A DNA stretch of 63,962 nucleotides, filler included, from Octopus bimaculoides (GCF_001194135.2; 5 parts of 5 records of this genome joined end to end with filler, not necessarily neighbours in it), one strand, 5' to 3'; numbered from the whole stretch's first letter, positions 39,272 to 53,234 are shown. The notes: generated by a model from the letters alone, not told the origin. Made by a program: numbers and translations.

Positions 39272-40454
39272 GTGTGTGATTGTATGTATGTATGTATGTC
39301 AAAATAGTAATGTTTTACATTTGCATATACATTCTGCGACTCAACACTCGTTCCCCGCGTATTTTCTTTTCTCCCACTCTATCCTTCTATCATCCTCTAT
39401 ATTTCTTTTTTCTCCCCTCCTTCTTTGCTATCCTCTATCTTTCTTTCACTCTCTACGCTGTTTCTTTCCTTCGCTCTTCTCCCCACTCCGTTTGTTTCTT
39501 TCCCTCGTCTTCTCTCCTGTCCCCTTCTCCTCTGCTTGCTGCTCACACTTACTGCAGTCCATTTTCTCCTCAGTCTTTTCTGGATTTGACAGCCAGCCAG
39601 CCGAATGTCATTTCTTTCGCCTCTCGATATTTTGTCTCTTCTACTGTCTATTCAATATATTTTCAAAATTTCTCCCGGGCTTTACATATTACAATTCGTC
39701 TTGGCCAGAAGGCCTTTAGTGTTTGTCCTCGTCTATTGCTTTCTTCCGTATTTCCACTCTGTTGTCGTTCGTTCGTTCGACAGAAAAATTTATATTTTCA
39801 AAATTTCTGGATGTGCGTGTGTGCTTGCGTGTGTGTGTGCGTGCGTGCGAGTTTGTGCGTGTATGTGTATGTGTGCTTGCGTGTTTGCGTGTGTGCATAT
39901 GCAGTGTGGATAAACTTGATTGCGAATATGGATGTGAAATCAACAATTCCTATCCACACATTTAGTTTAGAACTTTGATTGTGTATGATATGCACAGCTT
40001 TCATTTTCCTAGAAACGAATTTTATTTCTAATTTTTCTCTTTTCTATGTCATCAGCGAAGTTAGTTTTAAGTAACGATATACAAAATCTTTTCCATGAAT
40101 ATATTAGACGCTATCATCTACAATAGAAACAATAATATACACCGATTATTTAAATTATGTATGTTAAAATATAATTGGCAATAGAAACTTAAAATGTAAA
40201 TTGTCTCTATATTGCATAGTTAATGAAGGATATAAACTTCATAACAGATCTTACGCGCGTTACTTGCTTGTAAGTCAATAAAGTAACTTGTTTATTTCTA
40301 AGTTTCAGAAGGTGATCTTTAAGGACTGATCATTGATAAACGTTCAGGTAGTGCACAAATCTGAGACACAAATCTGACACCTCTAGAAGTAAAATAAATG
40401 TGGACTCAACATATATCAATGATATTGTGTAGCAAGTATGGCACGCTTAAGAAT

Positions 40455-41005
40455 TCTTTCTTTCTTGCTTTTAACCCTCCAACGCTGAGTATAGGCCACT
40501 TATAATTGAATTCCATGTCGCATAATTTTTCGCTTCTGTACTTATACTCTGCCATGAATGTTCTCCTTTCTCTACTTCCATTTGTGTTGATCTACGCCAC
40601 AAGTTCTTAGGCCTACCCATCTTTCTATATTAATCTGGATTCCACTGTAAAGCACTTTTTGCTGCATTTGGTGTGTCCTTTCTAATTGTGCTACCAATCC
40701 ACTTCCACTTTTTCTTAAATATTTGCTCTCTAATCGAAACTTGATTGGTTCTTTGCCATAGCTGCATATTGCTTATGTGTTCGGGCCATCTGATTTTAAG
40801 TATACTACGCAAGCACCTGTTGATAAATAAGAAAGGCTATACAATCCCTCAAGAATGGGAAAGCGGGAGGTGGAGACAATATTCCAGCTGAAGCAATGAA
40901 ATCAGCTATAGAAATAGCGGTAGAAATGTTTCATCCATTATTTTCTAGGATATGGCAGGAAGAAAATGTGCCTAATGATTGGAAAGAGGGACTCATCGTA
41001 AAAGA
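40455..41005 (-). mobile_element. RTE-clade LINE fragment with 5' inversion
   Basis: Minus 40455-40830: LRSILKIRWPEHISN..LWQRT...KWKWIG..IRK...ALQWNP..RKMGRPK. Plus 40835-41005: AIQSLKNGKAGGGDNIPAEAMK...IWQEENVPNDWKEGLIVK (RT N-terminus). Confidence 0.88.
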
Positions 41006-42448
41006 TATAATTACTTCAGTATTATTTCAAATCTTTTGCTTCACGTATACAACTACGAAGATTCCATGTATGTAGTTTTACTTGATATGAAATTAGAAAA
41101 ATACCTTAATTTTTTCGGAGATCGGTGTTTTGAGAAAAATTTTATGACTACAGCTTAAGATTGGATCAGCAATGAGGCTCACTGATAATCCTTCACTTCG
41201 ACAATAATTTCAAGTTGTGATTACATCTCTTAATTAAGATTATTTAGTATTATGATGCAAGGATTTTCTAAAACTGGAAAATAAGCCTGAAGGAAACAGA
41301 AATTTAAATACGAGAAGAATGCATAGATCTTTTTCTGTAAAATTACAAAAGATTTGCTATGCCCATAATGAAATATATGATTCATATGTTTCGTGATATG
41401 AAAATGCAATGCTTTGCATTTTATATTTTTAAATATCCTTTAGCTAATGCTACCATCTAATTTGCAATGTGCACTGTTTGAAATAATTAGTTATGTTCTA
41501 GAGAATTCGGAAAGGGGTTGGAAAATCAATCAATTTTAATTACGAATATTAGCAGCTAAAAAAATCATGAAAGAATGAAGATCGGAAGTAAAATGGAGAT
41601 GATGATATGCAAAAGAATATAGTTGAATTTAGAATGAAAACACGATGCATATTAATAGTGGATTCAGGTTCGATGTGCGTCATTTCCATGATTAAGAAAT
41701 TATTTTTAGTCAAATTAAGGGTGCATCCATTACCGTGTGGTCAGCGTGAACGCTTCACAAGTTTGTGAGTAGAATCGACTTAAATGTTGCTCCACCGAGA
41801 GGGGACCTGGACTAACGGTATTTAATAGGGTATAAAATATGAATGTAACACCATTTTCCGCGCATTAATCTTTCTCTAGAAGGAAGATATCGAAGTGAGC
41901 TTGGTATGAAATATAAACAAATAAATTGCCGTTAGTGATTTCGCTTTCTCCTTTATGGAATGATTCCTTTGCCAAATTGAATATGATACAAATTAGTTTG
42001 ATAAATATAAGTATTGCCCCAGTGACTACAAATTCTTCATTTTAACACAATGATTGTGATATACACGATACATGCAAAAGATAGGATCTGTATACTTTTT
42101 AAAAAATAAAATATTTGTTTTATGTTCTACCGAATTGCAGTTTGTTATAACCCCAGCTTATTTAAATGTAAAATTTAGGTTAGTTAAAATGTGGCTGTGA
42201 AATATTTTGACGTGATGAAATATATATATATATTTTTGATTATATATATATATATATATNNNNNNNNNNNNNNNNNNNNNNNNNNNNNNNNNNNNNNNNN
42301 NNNTTAATTAATTAANNNNNNNNNNNNNNNNNNNNNNNNNNNNNNNNNNNNNNNNNNNNATCGCGCTCTTCGTTTTGACTAATAATAATAATAATAATAA
42401 TAATAACAATAATCTTCATTTAACGTCAATTTTGATAATAATAATCGT

Positions 42449-43130
42449 AACAAATGCTCTGATGCAGTACCAGGCAGTGGCTGTCATGGCTTCATATCTT
42501 AACTGATTGGAAGTGTTATCATGTACATGTTTTGTCTTGGTATAAAAGATGGGCTACAGCAAATATTCTGCTCAATACCACAGATTTGCTTATCAGTTGT
42601 TTGACCTTAACCAGTTGAGCATGTCCCTAGGTGGCTGACAATATGTGCATCTCCAGTCATGATCAGGAGTAGTGGAGGAGCATCATAGCCATGTGTTGAG
42701 AGGAATTCTTTGGGGATTGAATAATTCACCTCTGGAAACATGGGTGTTTCATTCAATTTTGTTCATATTTCTAACAATGCTGCCAACCCACTGCCAACTA
42801 ATATTTTCTAATATTGGCAGAGGAACCACATAATTGTGAAGGAGAGATGAATGAATTGATTAAACCATTTGTACTATTTGACTTAAACAACCCTTATTCA
42901 GGGACCTTTTGAGTGGGATGGTCTATTCGACTTGAAGGAAGTTCTTATTAGGCCTCCACCTGCAAGGTCATGTGCTGCTTATCTTGATATGTGACCACCA
43001 TGTCATGCACATATGGTCATGATGTATATGCCTGGTGTACCCTTATCAGATGGGTAGTCATGATAGGTATACTGGGCTTCATATATTTTACTCCAGTGTC
43101 ACTTTGGTGGCATGTACTGCTCCCTCACTC

Positions 43131-43131
<1 letters not shown>
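42449..43131. mobile_element. Non-coding dispersed element inserted in an (AAT)n tract
   Basis: Complex, non-microsatellite sequence without an ORF, bounded by AAT repeats on both sides; interrupted near 42758-42881. Confidence 0.55.
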
Positions 43132-43165
<34 letters not shown>

Positions 43166-43167
<2 letters not shown>

Positions 43168-43383
43168 GTTTCAAATTTTGGCACAAGACCAGCAATTTTG
43201 AGGATGGAGGTAAGTTGATTACATCAGCCCCAGTACTCAACTGGTACGTATTTTATCAACCCCAAAAGGATGAAAAGCATAGTCAACCTCAGCAGAATTT
43301 CAACTCAGAACATAATGACGGACAAAAATGCTGCTAAGCATTTTGTCTGGTGTGCTAACAATTCTGCTTTAAATAATAATATC

Positions 43384-43445
<62 letters not shown>

Positions 43446-43715
43446 GAAGAAGAAGAAGAAGAAGAAGAAGAATAGTTATAATAATAATAATAATGATGAT
43501 TTCAAATTTTGGCACAAGGCCATAATTTCATGGGGAAGGGGTTAAGTCAAATACAGTGACTTTAGTGTTCAACTGATACTTATTTTATCAACCCCAAATA
43601 ATAAAAATGATTTCAAATTTTGGTGTGAGGCCAGCAATTTCAGGGGAGAGTTCATTGATTACATGCATCCCAGTGTTCACTGGTACTTATTTTATTGACC
43701 CCAAAGAATGAAAAT
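43166..43715 (-). mobile_element. SINE family B: three CpG-decayed fragments separated by (AAT)n/(AAG)n
   Basis: Homologous to 57378-57779 (caaattttggcacaagg...actggtac...ttatc.acccc.aaaggatgaaa). Confidence 0.85.
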
Positions 43716-43866
43716 GCAAAGTGAATGGGTTCATAGGCTTTATTAGTTTGGCTTTTCTGAAGAAGAATGTTATAAAAGCAAAATAAAACCTCCAGACCAT
43801 ATCCCAGCTCACTGCTATCGGTGGGGTGGGGTAGAGACAGCTGGCTGCAAATGCAAGCCTCATGAG

Positions 43867-43940
43867 TTAGAGTAGATGTTCCAGTGTATCTCCTTCATCA
43901 TCCTCCAGGGCAACGCCTTTTCCATTTTGTCTGCTGGTGT
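43867..43940 (-). CDS. Candidate terminal exon of an unknown gene
   Basis: Strong acceptor ttttacattctctcaatttcctgtaattcag. Two open readings end in stops: DTSRQNGKGVALEDDEGDTLEHLL* or TPADKMEKALPWRMMKEIHWNIYSNS*. Confidence 0.35.
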
Positions 43941-44022
43941 CTGAATTACAGGAAATTGAGAGAATGTAAAAATTCACTAACTCACAGAATATATGAAGCT
44001 AAAACATCAAAATTCTTCCCCA

Positions 44023-44450
44023 GGCACGGGAGTGGCTGTGTGGTAAGTAGCTTGCTTACCAACCACATGGTTCTGGGTTCAGTCCCACTGCGTGCCACCT
44101 TGAGCAAGTGTCTTCTACTATAGCCTCGGGCCAACCAAAGCCTTGTGAGTGGATTTGGTAGACGGAAACTGAAAGATGCCCGTCGTATATATGTATATAT
44201 ATATATGTATGTGTATGTGTGTGTATATGTCTGTGTTTGTCCCCCCAACATCGCTTGATAACCGATGCTGGTGCGTTTACGTCCCCGTAACTTAGCGGTT
44301 CGGCAAAAGAGACTGATAGAATAAGTACTAGGCTTCCAAAAAATAAGTCCTGGGGTCGATTTTCTCGACTAAAGGCGGTGCTCCAGCATGGCCGCAGTCA
44401 AATGACTGAGACAAGTAAAAGAGTAAAAGAGTAAAAGAGTAAAGAGAGTA
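44023..44450 (+). mobile_element. SINE family A, full length, young
   Basis: Near-identical to 28927-29350; CpGs largely retained. Confidence 0.93.
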
Positions 44451-45019
44451 TTATTGAACATGTCCCTTATTCAGTGTGCCTCTCTTAGGACAGTGGGTTT
44501 GTAATGTAGAACTAGAGATTTTTTTTTTTTGTTAATAGTTTACTAGAAAACTACCTGACATAGATTGAGAAGTAAAATTTTAATTAACAGAATTTAATTA
44601 ATAGAAGTGAATAGAACTGAACAAGCAATTAGAGAATACATTATCATGTTGACAGTGAATTCATAGTGATAAGCCACTTAAGCTGTTCCTCTATTGCTTG
44701 TCACTGACTGAAGCAGTGATATGATGTGTATATTCCTCATCCAGCTCCAAACTTTTGAAGTCTTGTGGAATAATAAAACTCTTACTTCAAAAACAGGTTA
44801 GGATTGGAGGGAGGAAGAGCAGCTGACTGCAAAAAAATCTGCTTCTAATAAGTCCCTAATCAATGCAAGCTAGCATGGAAAAATAGATGCTAAGTGAAAG
44901 AACAATTAGAATATATAATATGCATACATGCATGCATATTTACAGACAGACTGACTGACAGACATTCAGGTAAGTAGCATTACAAGTATATCACATAATC
45001 ACATTAGACCATGGGGCTC

Positions 45020-45312
45020 ACAATCATGAGGTAGTGAGTTCAATTTCGTGATCAGGTTGTGTGTTATGTTCTTCAGCAAGACATGTTATTTTACATTGCT
45101 CCAGTTCACTCAGCTGTAGAAATGAGCTGTGATATCACTAGTGCCAAACTGTATCGGCCTTTGCCTTTCCTTTGGATAACATCAGTGGCATGGAGAGAGG
45201 AGGCTGGTATGCATGGGCAACTGCTAGTCTTCCATAAACAACCTTGCCTCGAAGGGCAACATTCTAGATGCAGTTCCATGCTCATTCATTACTGAAGTGG
45301 ATCTTTACCCTT
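45020..45312 (+). mobile_element. SINE family C (tRNA head + CORE-like segment)
   Basis: ggctcacaatcatgaggtagtgagttcaattt (B-box-like), then tcttcagcaagaca...ctccagttcactcagctgtagaaatgag. Confidence 0.65.
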
Positions 45313-46453
45313 TACATAACCACATGATCAACCAGACTATCGAATGTTGTTATACATCGCTGGTCACAATGCACTTTGTGTCATTTTAGCTTTCAAATGA
45401 TGCCACCCTGCTGGTTAAGTGAGCAAGCCAATCACAAGTATATATCTTGATATGAAATATACAAAGTAATATCACAAGTAATATAACAAATACCCTCAGC
45501 ATCAGAGTAAATAATTAGTACTGTAACTCCAGTTAGCTGAGATGAGTGATTGTTATTTGGTTGGGCTGAATTTCACTGTCTGCTGTTTCCTATATACAGT
45601 CAAGTCCATTTAGATGTTTGATAAGGCCATTTATTTATACACGAAGTTTACATTGATTACAAAAGTTACTTGCTGGAGGCTGCATCACTGTTCACCAGTA
45701 AAGAGACATGAATAAATGTTGTGTTTGACTAAGAACTGACCAACTACATATTCGTGTGGCAAGTGGTGAAGATATTGTGTTCATGGTACATGCTCAAAGA
45801 AGTACATTTGTAGCCAAAATGATCCTTTTATACCGAAGGATGGGTCATGACAAAGAATCTTCTCTTTGCCTGTCTTGTCTTGCTTGGACCACCTCATATC
45901 TCAGCACTGATTCTCCTTTGCTTTTATATTTACAGCCATGTTTTGGTGGGGAAAAAAATGAAAATTCCACTAGATTTACATGCAATCAAATGATTGCAGT
46001 TATAATATGATTAGTTAGAATTCAAGACCAGTTATATTCTGTAGCCTACTTCTCATGCCTGGGCTGATAAGATTTCAATTCTAAGCTTCATTTCAGTACT
46101 GTGCTGTAGTAAAAGATGACTACTTTTCAATTACTTAAGTTTCTTGTTGAAACTGGTAATCCCCAGTTGACATGTTGATATATCAACTGCAATATCATAA
46201 ATATAAGCATTATAATAAAAACATTATAATAACTGAACATATTTGAAATAGAAGCACTTTTAAAAATGTGTTCCTTTCTCACAGACATTTTCTAAATATA
46301 TTTTCTGCATGAATTCATATTTTTAGATGTACATGAATATATGCGCACGCACACACACACACACACATGCACACACACACACATGCACACACATACCAAC
46401 ACATATACATATATTAAACAGATAAATTTCTATGAATGTGTGTATGTGTGTAT

Positions 46454-46513
<60 letters not shown>

Positions 46514-46727
46514 CATCATCATCATTTAACATCCATTTCACAGGCTAGCATGGGTATATACATATGTATATATATAAATATGTATATATATATATATATA
46601 TATTTACATTCATATATATACAGACACACATTGTGAGTGTAGAGGAGGGGGAATAAAGAATTTAAGAGACAAATACAAATGGATGAATTAGAGAAGAAAC
46701 GACAGAGAGAGAGAGAGAGAGAGAAAG

Positions 46728-46779
<52 letters not shown>

Positions 46780-47799
46780 GAGAGAGAGTCCGATAGATTT
46801 CTCTATATCTGAACCTATTTACTTGTTAATCACTGGTGAATATAGATGAAGTTGTGTCAGATCAAAGAAAGTTTTTCTAATGCAAACTCATGTACTTGCC
46901 TCTGGCTTACTAAGCAACGGAACTTTCTTGATAAGTACACCACAAACACACATACATAAACTCTCTCTCTCATACATACACATACAACACACACATACAC
47001 ACACACATACACACACACACATACACACACACATGCACACACATATATGTATGCCTACATCTATGCCTTATGCATAATACATATGTAGCTACATACATTC
47101 ATCTATCTATGTAGATATATATATATATATATATATATTTGTGTATGTATGTGTGTGTGAGTGTGTACATATATATNNNNNNNNNNNNNNNNNNNNNTAT
47201 ATATATATATATATATATATATATACAACACGGTGATAATTTGGCTATCATGAAATATATGGTGTCATGTTAATAATAATAATAATAATAATAATAACAA
47301 CAACAATAATGATGATGATGATGATGATGATGATGATAAGCACATAAGTAGATAGATAGATAGATAGATATGCATGCACACACACATATGCATGCACGCT
47401 CATACACATGCAGATACATAATACCTAGCTATATATATAAACACATACAAAACATCAAATATAGTTGTTCTATACATCTGTATATGAATGCCATTAACAA
47501 ATAAATACATGTAGTTGCCTGCAACAACAAAACTCATGTAAACCTTCGTCCCTCTACACAAAACTCATTCCCAGTCATATATATACAAAGACTCTACACA
47601 TATGTAGGCGTGTGCATCTATATATACATACTGCCGTAGTTGTTGTCATCGCCATTGTCATCGCCATCATCATCATCATTGTAATTATCTCGGTTGTCAT
47701 CATCGTCATCGTTGCTGTCATCGTTGTCGTTGTCATTGTCATCGTCGTCATCGTAGTCATCGTCGTTGTCGTCATTGTTGTCATCAATGCTGCCATTGT

Positions 47800-48030
47800 C
47801 ATTTCAACATCTACTTCTCCATGATTGCACGAGCTGGATGGAATTTGTTGAGGTGTAATTTCTACAGCTGGATGCCCTTCCTGTCACAAACCCTCACCTC
47901 TTTCCAAATAATGTAATATTTCTCCCCTGATCAAGCTTGTTTTTATGAAAGACTGGAAACAAAGGACACCACTTGCATGACAATGACACTCATTTATGAC
48001 TACCACATAATATCAAGGCACAGAGACTGG
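47800..48030 (-). mobile_element. RTE-tailed SINE (family D) remnant
   Basis: ggatgcccttcctgtcacaaaccc is the reverse-complement counterpart of ggtgttaagaagggtatcc at 51974-51992. Confidence 0.55.
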
Positions 48031-48074
48031 AACACACACACACACACACACATATACACATATGTATTTGTGAT

Positions 48075-48235
48075 AAGCTTCATTAAGTTTCCTTCTACCA
48101 AATCCACTCACAAGGCTTTGGTTAGCTTGAGGCTAGAGCAGAAGGCACCTACCCAATATGCTATGCAGTGGGACAGAACCTAGAACTATGTGCTTGGGAA
48201 ACAAGCTTCTTACCACATAGCCACACATATGTACA
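48075..48235 (-). mobile_element. SINE family A head, CpG-decayed
   Basis: ctaccaaatccactcacaaggctttgg...cttcttaccacatagccacac. Confidence 0.8.
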
Positions 48236-48864
48236 CACATATGTATATATATACATACATGCATGCATACATACATACATACATACATACATACATACAT
48301 ACATACATACATACATACATACATACATACCAAGGGCATATATTCTGGGTGTGCTATATATATGTACTGCACACCCATTGAAAATAGCAAATTCCTAATA
48401 TATATTTACCTTACTCATTAATTTAGTCACAAATCTTAATGAGAAACTTTTGTTATACTCCTGTTTGAAATTTGGTGGTATTGGGTGTGGCAGCACCCAC
48501 TACAACAACCATCAAATGCCACTGATACATACATACATACATACATACATACATACATACATACATACATACTGCATACATATAGAGGTAAAAGTAGGGA
48601 TAAGCAAATTAAATCAATATATAAAATATATTCAATACAAGAAATATAAAAAATGTATATATACATACAATTTGATCCAACTTACACAGAGTACAAAGAT
48701 AGAGGGAATTAAATATATAGTACAGAGATATAGGGAATAAAAGGGTTGAAGGAAAAGGATTATAAATCCTTCACCCCTGTAATTCTTTTCCTTCATCCTC
48801 TAATACTCTATATCGTTTGTACTCTGTGTATTTTGGGCCTTTTTATATGTATACATATAAACAG

Positions 48865-49385
48865 AACTAAGAAAACCATTGCAGATGCGCATGCAGCTGT
48901 GAGGGGTAATCGTCAAATCATCATCCATCAGAGGATGTGCAGATTAGTTACAGTTCAGTTCAGTCCATTATCCCAGAAGATTTAGGTATGAGACACATAT
49001 CTGCCAAGTTTACACCAAAACTGCTTTCAGCTGACCAAACAGGCACTTGGGTTTCAGTTGCGCAAGATCCCCTTGATTGTGTCAATAAAAATGAAAACTT
49101 CTTGAAAACTTTGTGCATGCCTCTCAGCAGTTATCACCAAGCTTTTGACAAAATTTGATGTAAATTCTCTGCTCAACTTTCTCTGTAATGTTCAATGCGA
49201 CAATCGCACACTACACACCTTCCTTCCAAGCACTGCTATAAACAGCGGAAATAAGCTAGAACATTAAAACTTAGTGAGCATGTACAGCAGAGTTCAAAGT
49301 CAATGTGTGCCAAGCAGCTTCACTCTGCAAGATTTAGCTTCACTACTATTCCAACAGGCCGAATACTTGTTAATTAGACCACGTA
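48865..49385 (+). mobile_element. Tc1/mariner deletion derivative
   Basis: ISYSSVQSIIPEDLGMRHISAKFTPKLLSADQ...FLKT (WVPxxL-type linker motif); ends tacttgttaattagaccacgTA like a mariner TIR with TA target. Confidence 0.8.
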
Positions 49386-49499
49386 TATATAACATTGATA
49401 ATGAAGAGGAGAGTAGAGATTTTTTGCATATCTGAAGACCTCTTTATTTAAAAGTTCCTACAGCTTATATCTATCCATCCATCCATCCATCCATATATG

Positions 49500-49540
<41 letters not shown>

Positions 49541-50866
49541 CATTGTGGTAGCAGTCATGTATATTTTTGTTTTCAATATTTTTGTTCTCAGATAGGAAAG
49601 GGAGTCCCCCCCGCCCACTTTTTTTTTTTCACAACACCACAGTAGGAATTTAAGCAAATGTAGCTGCTATTTCTAGCATATAGAGTGACTATATGGAGGC
49701 CCCCTCAGAGAGTCATAGCATAATACTTCACACCTTTTACACTTCTTGGTTTGACTCCTGAAGCAAATTTTTTTTAATGCCTCACCCAAAATATGATTTC
49801 AGTCACAACTCAAAGAAACTCCAAAGACAGAAAGATGCTATTGTACTATTCTGAAAAGTCAGGCATATTTCTGTTGGCAATATGCCAGTCAAAGCCTGCA
49901 ATCATGGTTATCAAGACAAGGAGCTTATTTTTAAGGCAACTCTCAGTCACTTTAACATAAAACAATTATTATAACTTGGAGCATTTTATAGAAATATTAA
50001 TATCACTTCATCTTTCAATAGAACCACTTCCAATGGAATCAAAGAAATAGGGTGACTGTGGAGAAGAATAGATTAATCTACTAGATCATACTTTATACTA
50101 ATCTATTTTTGTAAAGACTGGAGTTTTATCATTTAACCCTTTAACTTTCAAATTTTTTTGTCAAACAAAATGCTTAATTACATTGTTTTGAATTAATTAC
50201 ACACTATCTTGTAGCATCAAGATTTCAATGGTGTGTCTGTATATTTTTAGAATGACATTGCATGATAGGTGTAAGAAGTTGGATCAGGCCAGTTTTAGCA
50301 TAAAACAGGTAGAATATCTGGGCCAGATATGACCACTTTAAATGCTAAGGGGTTTGAACTAAAATATATTCTGTTCTATCTACAAATATGCTTTACATTA
50401 GAGCAATGATCTCATACCTAAGATGTGATACCACATTACACACGCACACACACACACATGCACACATGCATATGTGCGCACACGCACTCACATACGCGCA
50501 CACACGCACACATGCACACACACATGTACACAGACACATTCATTGCATTTAGTAAAAAAATCTACTGATACTATGGTAGAAGACATTTACCAAAGTCGCA
50601 TCAAACTTGGAACCTCTTGATTGCAAAGGTAAACTTCTTTACCATTTGGCCACGCCTGTGTCCATACATGCACTTTAGTATATATCTATAAGCAGTGACG
50701 TTTGTCTGTTTGTTTTGAAACAACTTCTCAGTTTCTCAAACAATCTTCACTAAAATTTGCATACATCTCTAAAATCATCCACGAATAATATATGATGCAG
50801 TAAAATGTGGTTGGAGTTCTCTCTGGGATAATATCTCTACATTTTGTAATGTGTATGCTCAACTAT

Positions 50867-50902
<36 letters not shown>

Positions 50903-51175
50903 GCATACACATACATACACTTACAAGACAATGATATATGTCTCTTGAGTTTGACAAACAGTCACCATGACAACCGCAACAATTGATAACTTCATTGCAT
51001 TGAACAGTCTTTCAGTTTGTATATTTTCAAGGAATGCTTTCTTTCAAATAAGATTATCATTCTAGCACCAAGTGTCTAAAAACTTGCATTAACTGATTCA
51101 AGTTTAATTAAAAGACAAACTGATTCCACATACATTTCTAATCAAGTAATGCTATACAAATAAAATATAGACATA

Positions 51176-51650
51176 TTCTTTTATTCTTTTATTCTTTTAC
51201 TTGTTTCAGTCATTTGACTGCAGTCATGCTGGAGTACCACCTTAAGGGGCTTGGGCTGAACGAATTGGCCCCAGAACTTCTTTCTTTTTTTAAGCCTAGT
51301 ATTTATTCTATTGGTCTCTTATGCTGAACTGCTAAGTTACAGGGACCTAAACGCACCACCACCAGTTATCAAGCAGTGATGGGGGACAAACACAAACACA
51401 AACACAAACACACCCATACACACATACACACACACACACACACAAATAGATATATACATATACATACATATATATGTGTGTGTCTGTGTGTGTGTGATGG
51501 GCTACTTTCAGTTTCCATCTACCAAACCCATTCACAAGGCTTTGGTCAGCCTGAGGCTATAGTAGAAGGCATTTACCCAAGGTGCCACACAGTAGGACTG
51601 AACCTGGAATCATGTGGTTGCAAAAGAAGCTTCTTACCACACAGTCACGA
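51176..51650 (-). mobile_element. SINE family A, full length, CpG-decayed
   Basis: Head, TA/CA tract, body and tail all align with 28927-29350. Confidence 0.88.
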
Positions 51651-51724
51651 TGTCCCTCTAATCTCTCCTCAACTAGCACAGAACCACGAACAACTTCACT
51701 ACTACTCTCTTCCTCCCAGCTGAG

Positions 51725-52098
51725 GGGTTTTTTTTGTCTTGTAAGTTACTTGGTGACTCTGTCAGTCCTGGTGCCACATAAAAAGCACCCATGCTGGTTC
51801 CACATAAAGTACATTGGTGCTAGTACCATATAAAAAGCACCGGTGCTGGTGCCATGTAAAAAGTATTGATGATGGTGTGGCATAAAAAAGCACTGATAAT
51901 GGTGCCCCATAAAATGCACTGGTGCTGTTGTCATATAAAAAAAAAGCACCCAGTATACTCTGTAAAGTGATTGGTGTTAAGAAGGGTATCCTTCCATGGA
52001 AACCATGTCAAACAGACAGATGGAACCTGGTGGGTCTCTGGACTTACCAGCATGTATCAAACCATCCAACCTATGTCAGCATTGAAAATGGACTTTAA

Positions 52099-52143
<45 letters not shown>
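51725..52143 (+). mobile_element. RTE-tailed SINE (family D) with internal minisatellite and (GAT)n tail
   Basis: About seven degenerate ggtgccacataaaaagcac units; 3' end ccaacctatgtcagcattgaaaatggactttaaatgatgat. Confidence 0.7.
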
Positions 52144-52145
<2 letters not shown>

Positions 52146-53180
52146 ATACTAAAACTACAGCTCTCTCATTTTCCCTCTCTCTGGCTTTCATCAACTTCCT
52201 ATTTAGTCATCCCACTTTTCTAACCATTTTTTCCTCTTCCCTCAAGCATTTTCTTCACCACCCCACTCTGTTCTCTACAAACCTTCATATTTTGAAGCAC
52301 TGCTACGATTTGTCATCTTCTTCTAATGAGAGTGACCTAACTTAGCCCATCAAATACACTGGTATCCTTGTTACTGCTCACACCTACAACATCATGCATG
52401 TCTATTACATATGAATGTGGTTGCAGCATAAACTATGTCGCATCTAAAACAGCTGTCAAGGTAGGATTATTACATAACTCCTGTTTATTCTTCTGTTTAC
52501 TTTATTCCATTCTCTATGTTTTGTATTCCATGTAAATAGACTTGTGAAGTCTATGTATTTATATTTGCCTTAATGTCTTCTAACTCCTTAATAGCTCAAC
52601 AAGGACCATTCTAATTTCCAATACTAGAGGCAATAGCCCTGGATGAAGGACTTAGATTTATAGTACAAGAAGATGGAACAGTTCTATATGTGAAAGGCCT
52701 CTCCAAAAAGATACAAAAGATATGCGGCCCATATGACATCAGGGCAGTATTCAAAAGCAATACAACACTTCACAAATATCTCCTTCGGGTAAAACCACCA
52801 ACAGAAGAGAATATGACCAAAAACTGTGTGTACTCCATCCCATGCAGCTGTGGTAGGTTATACAAAGGCGAAACATGTCGCCCCCTCAAAATAAGGGTAG
52901 AAGAACATCGCAAAGCTGTGACACGAGGAGATATCGATAAATCGGGTATAGCTGATCATGTATGGAAAAATGGAAACCACCTCCCCCTGTGGGATGAAGT
53001 TAAAATAATAGACAGGGAACAACACTGGAAAATACGAAAACTAAAAGAAGCAGCACATATGCTAGGACACAACANNNNNNNNNNNNNNNNNNNNNNNNNN
53101 NNGAACCGGTATTGAGGAAGGATAGAAAAATAATAGATTTATAAGCCTTAAAATTCACCCCATAATTGCTCACGGGCATA

Positions 53181-53234
53181 TGGCGTAGTGGTTAAGAGCG
53201 CGGGCTACTAACCCCAAGGTTCCGAGTTCGATTC
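53181..53234 (+). promoter_or_regulatory. Type-2 Pol III internal promoter
   Basis: A box TGGCGTAGTGG (53181-53191) and B box GTTCGATTC (53226-53234) match consensus with tRNA-like spacing. Confidence 0.75.

Noticed and set aside
39300-39800. 232-aa ORF in a pyrimidine-rich tract
   Set aside because: Low-complexity CT sequence lacks stop codons by composition.
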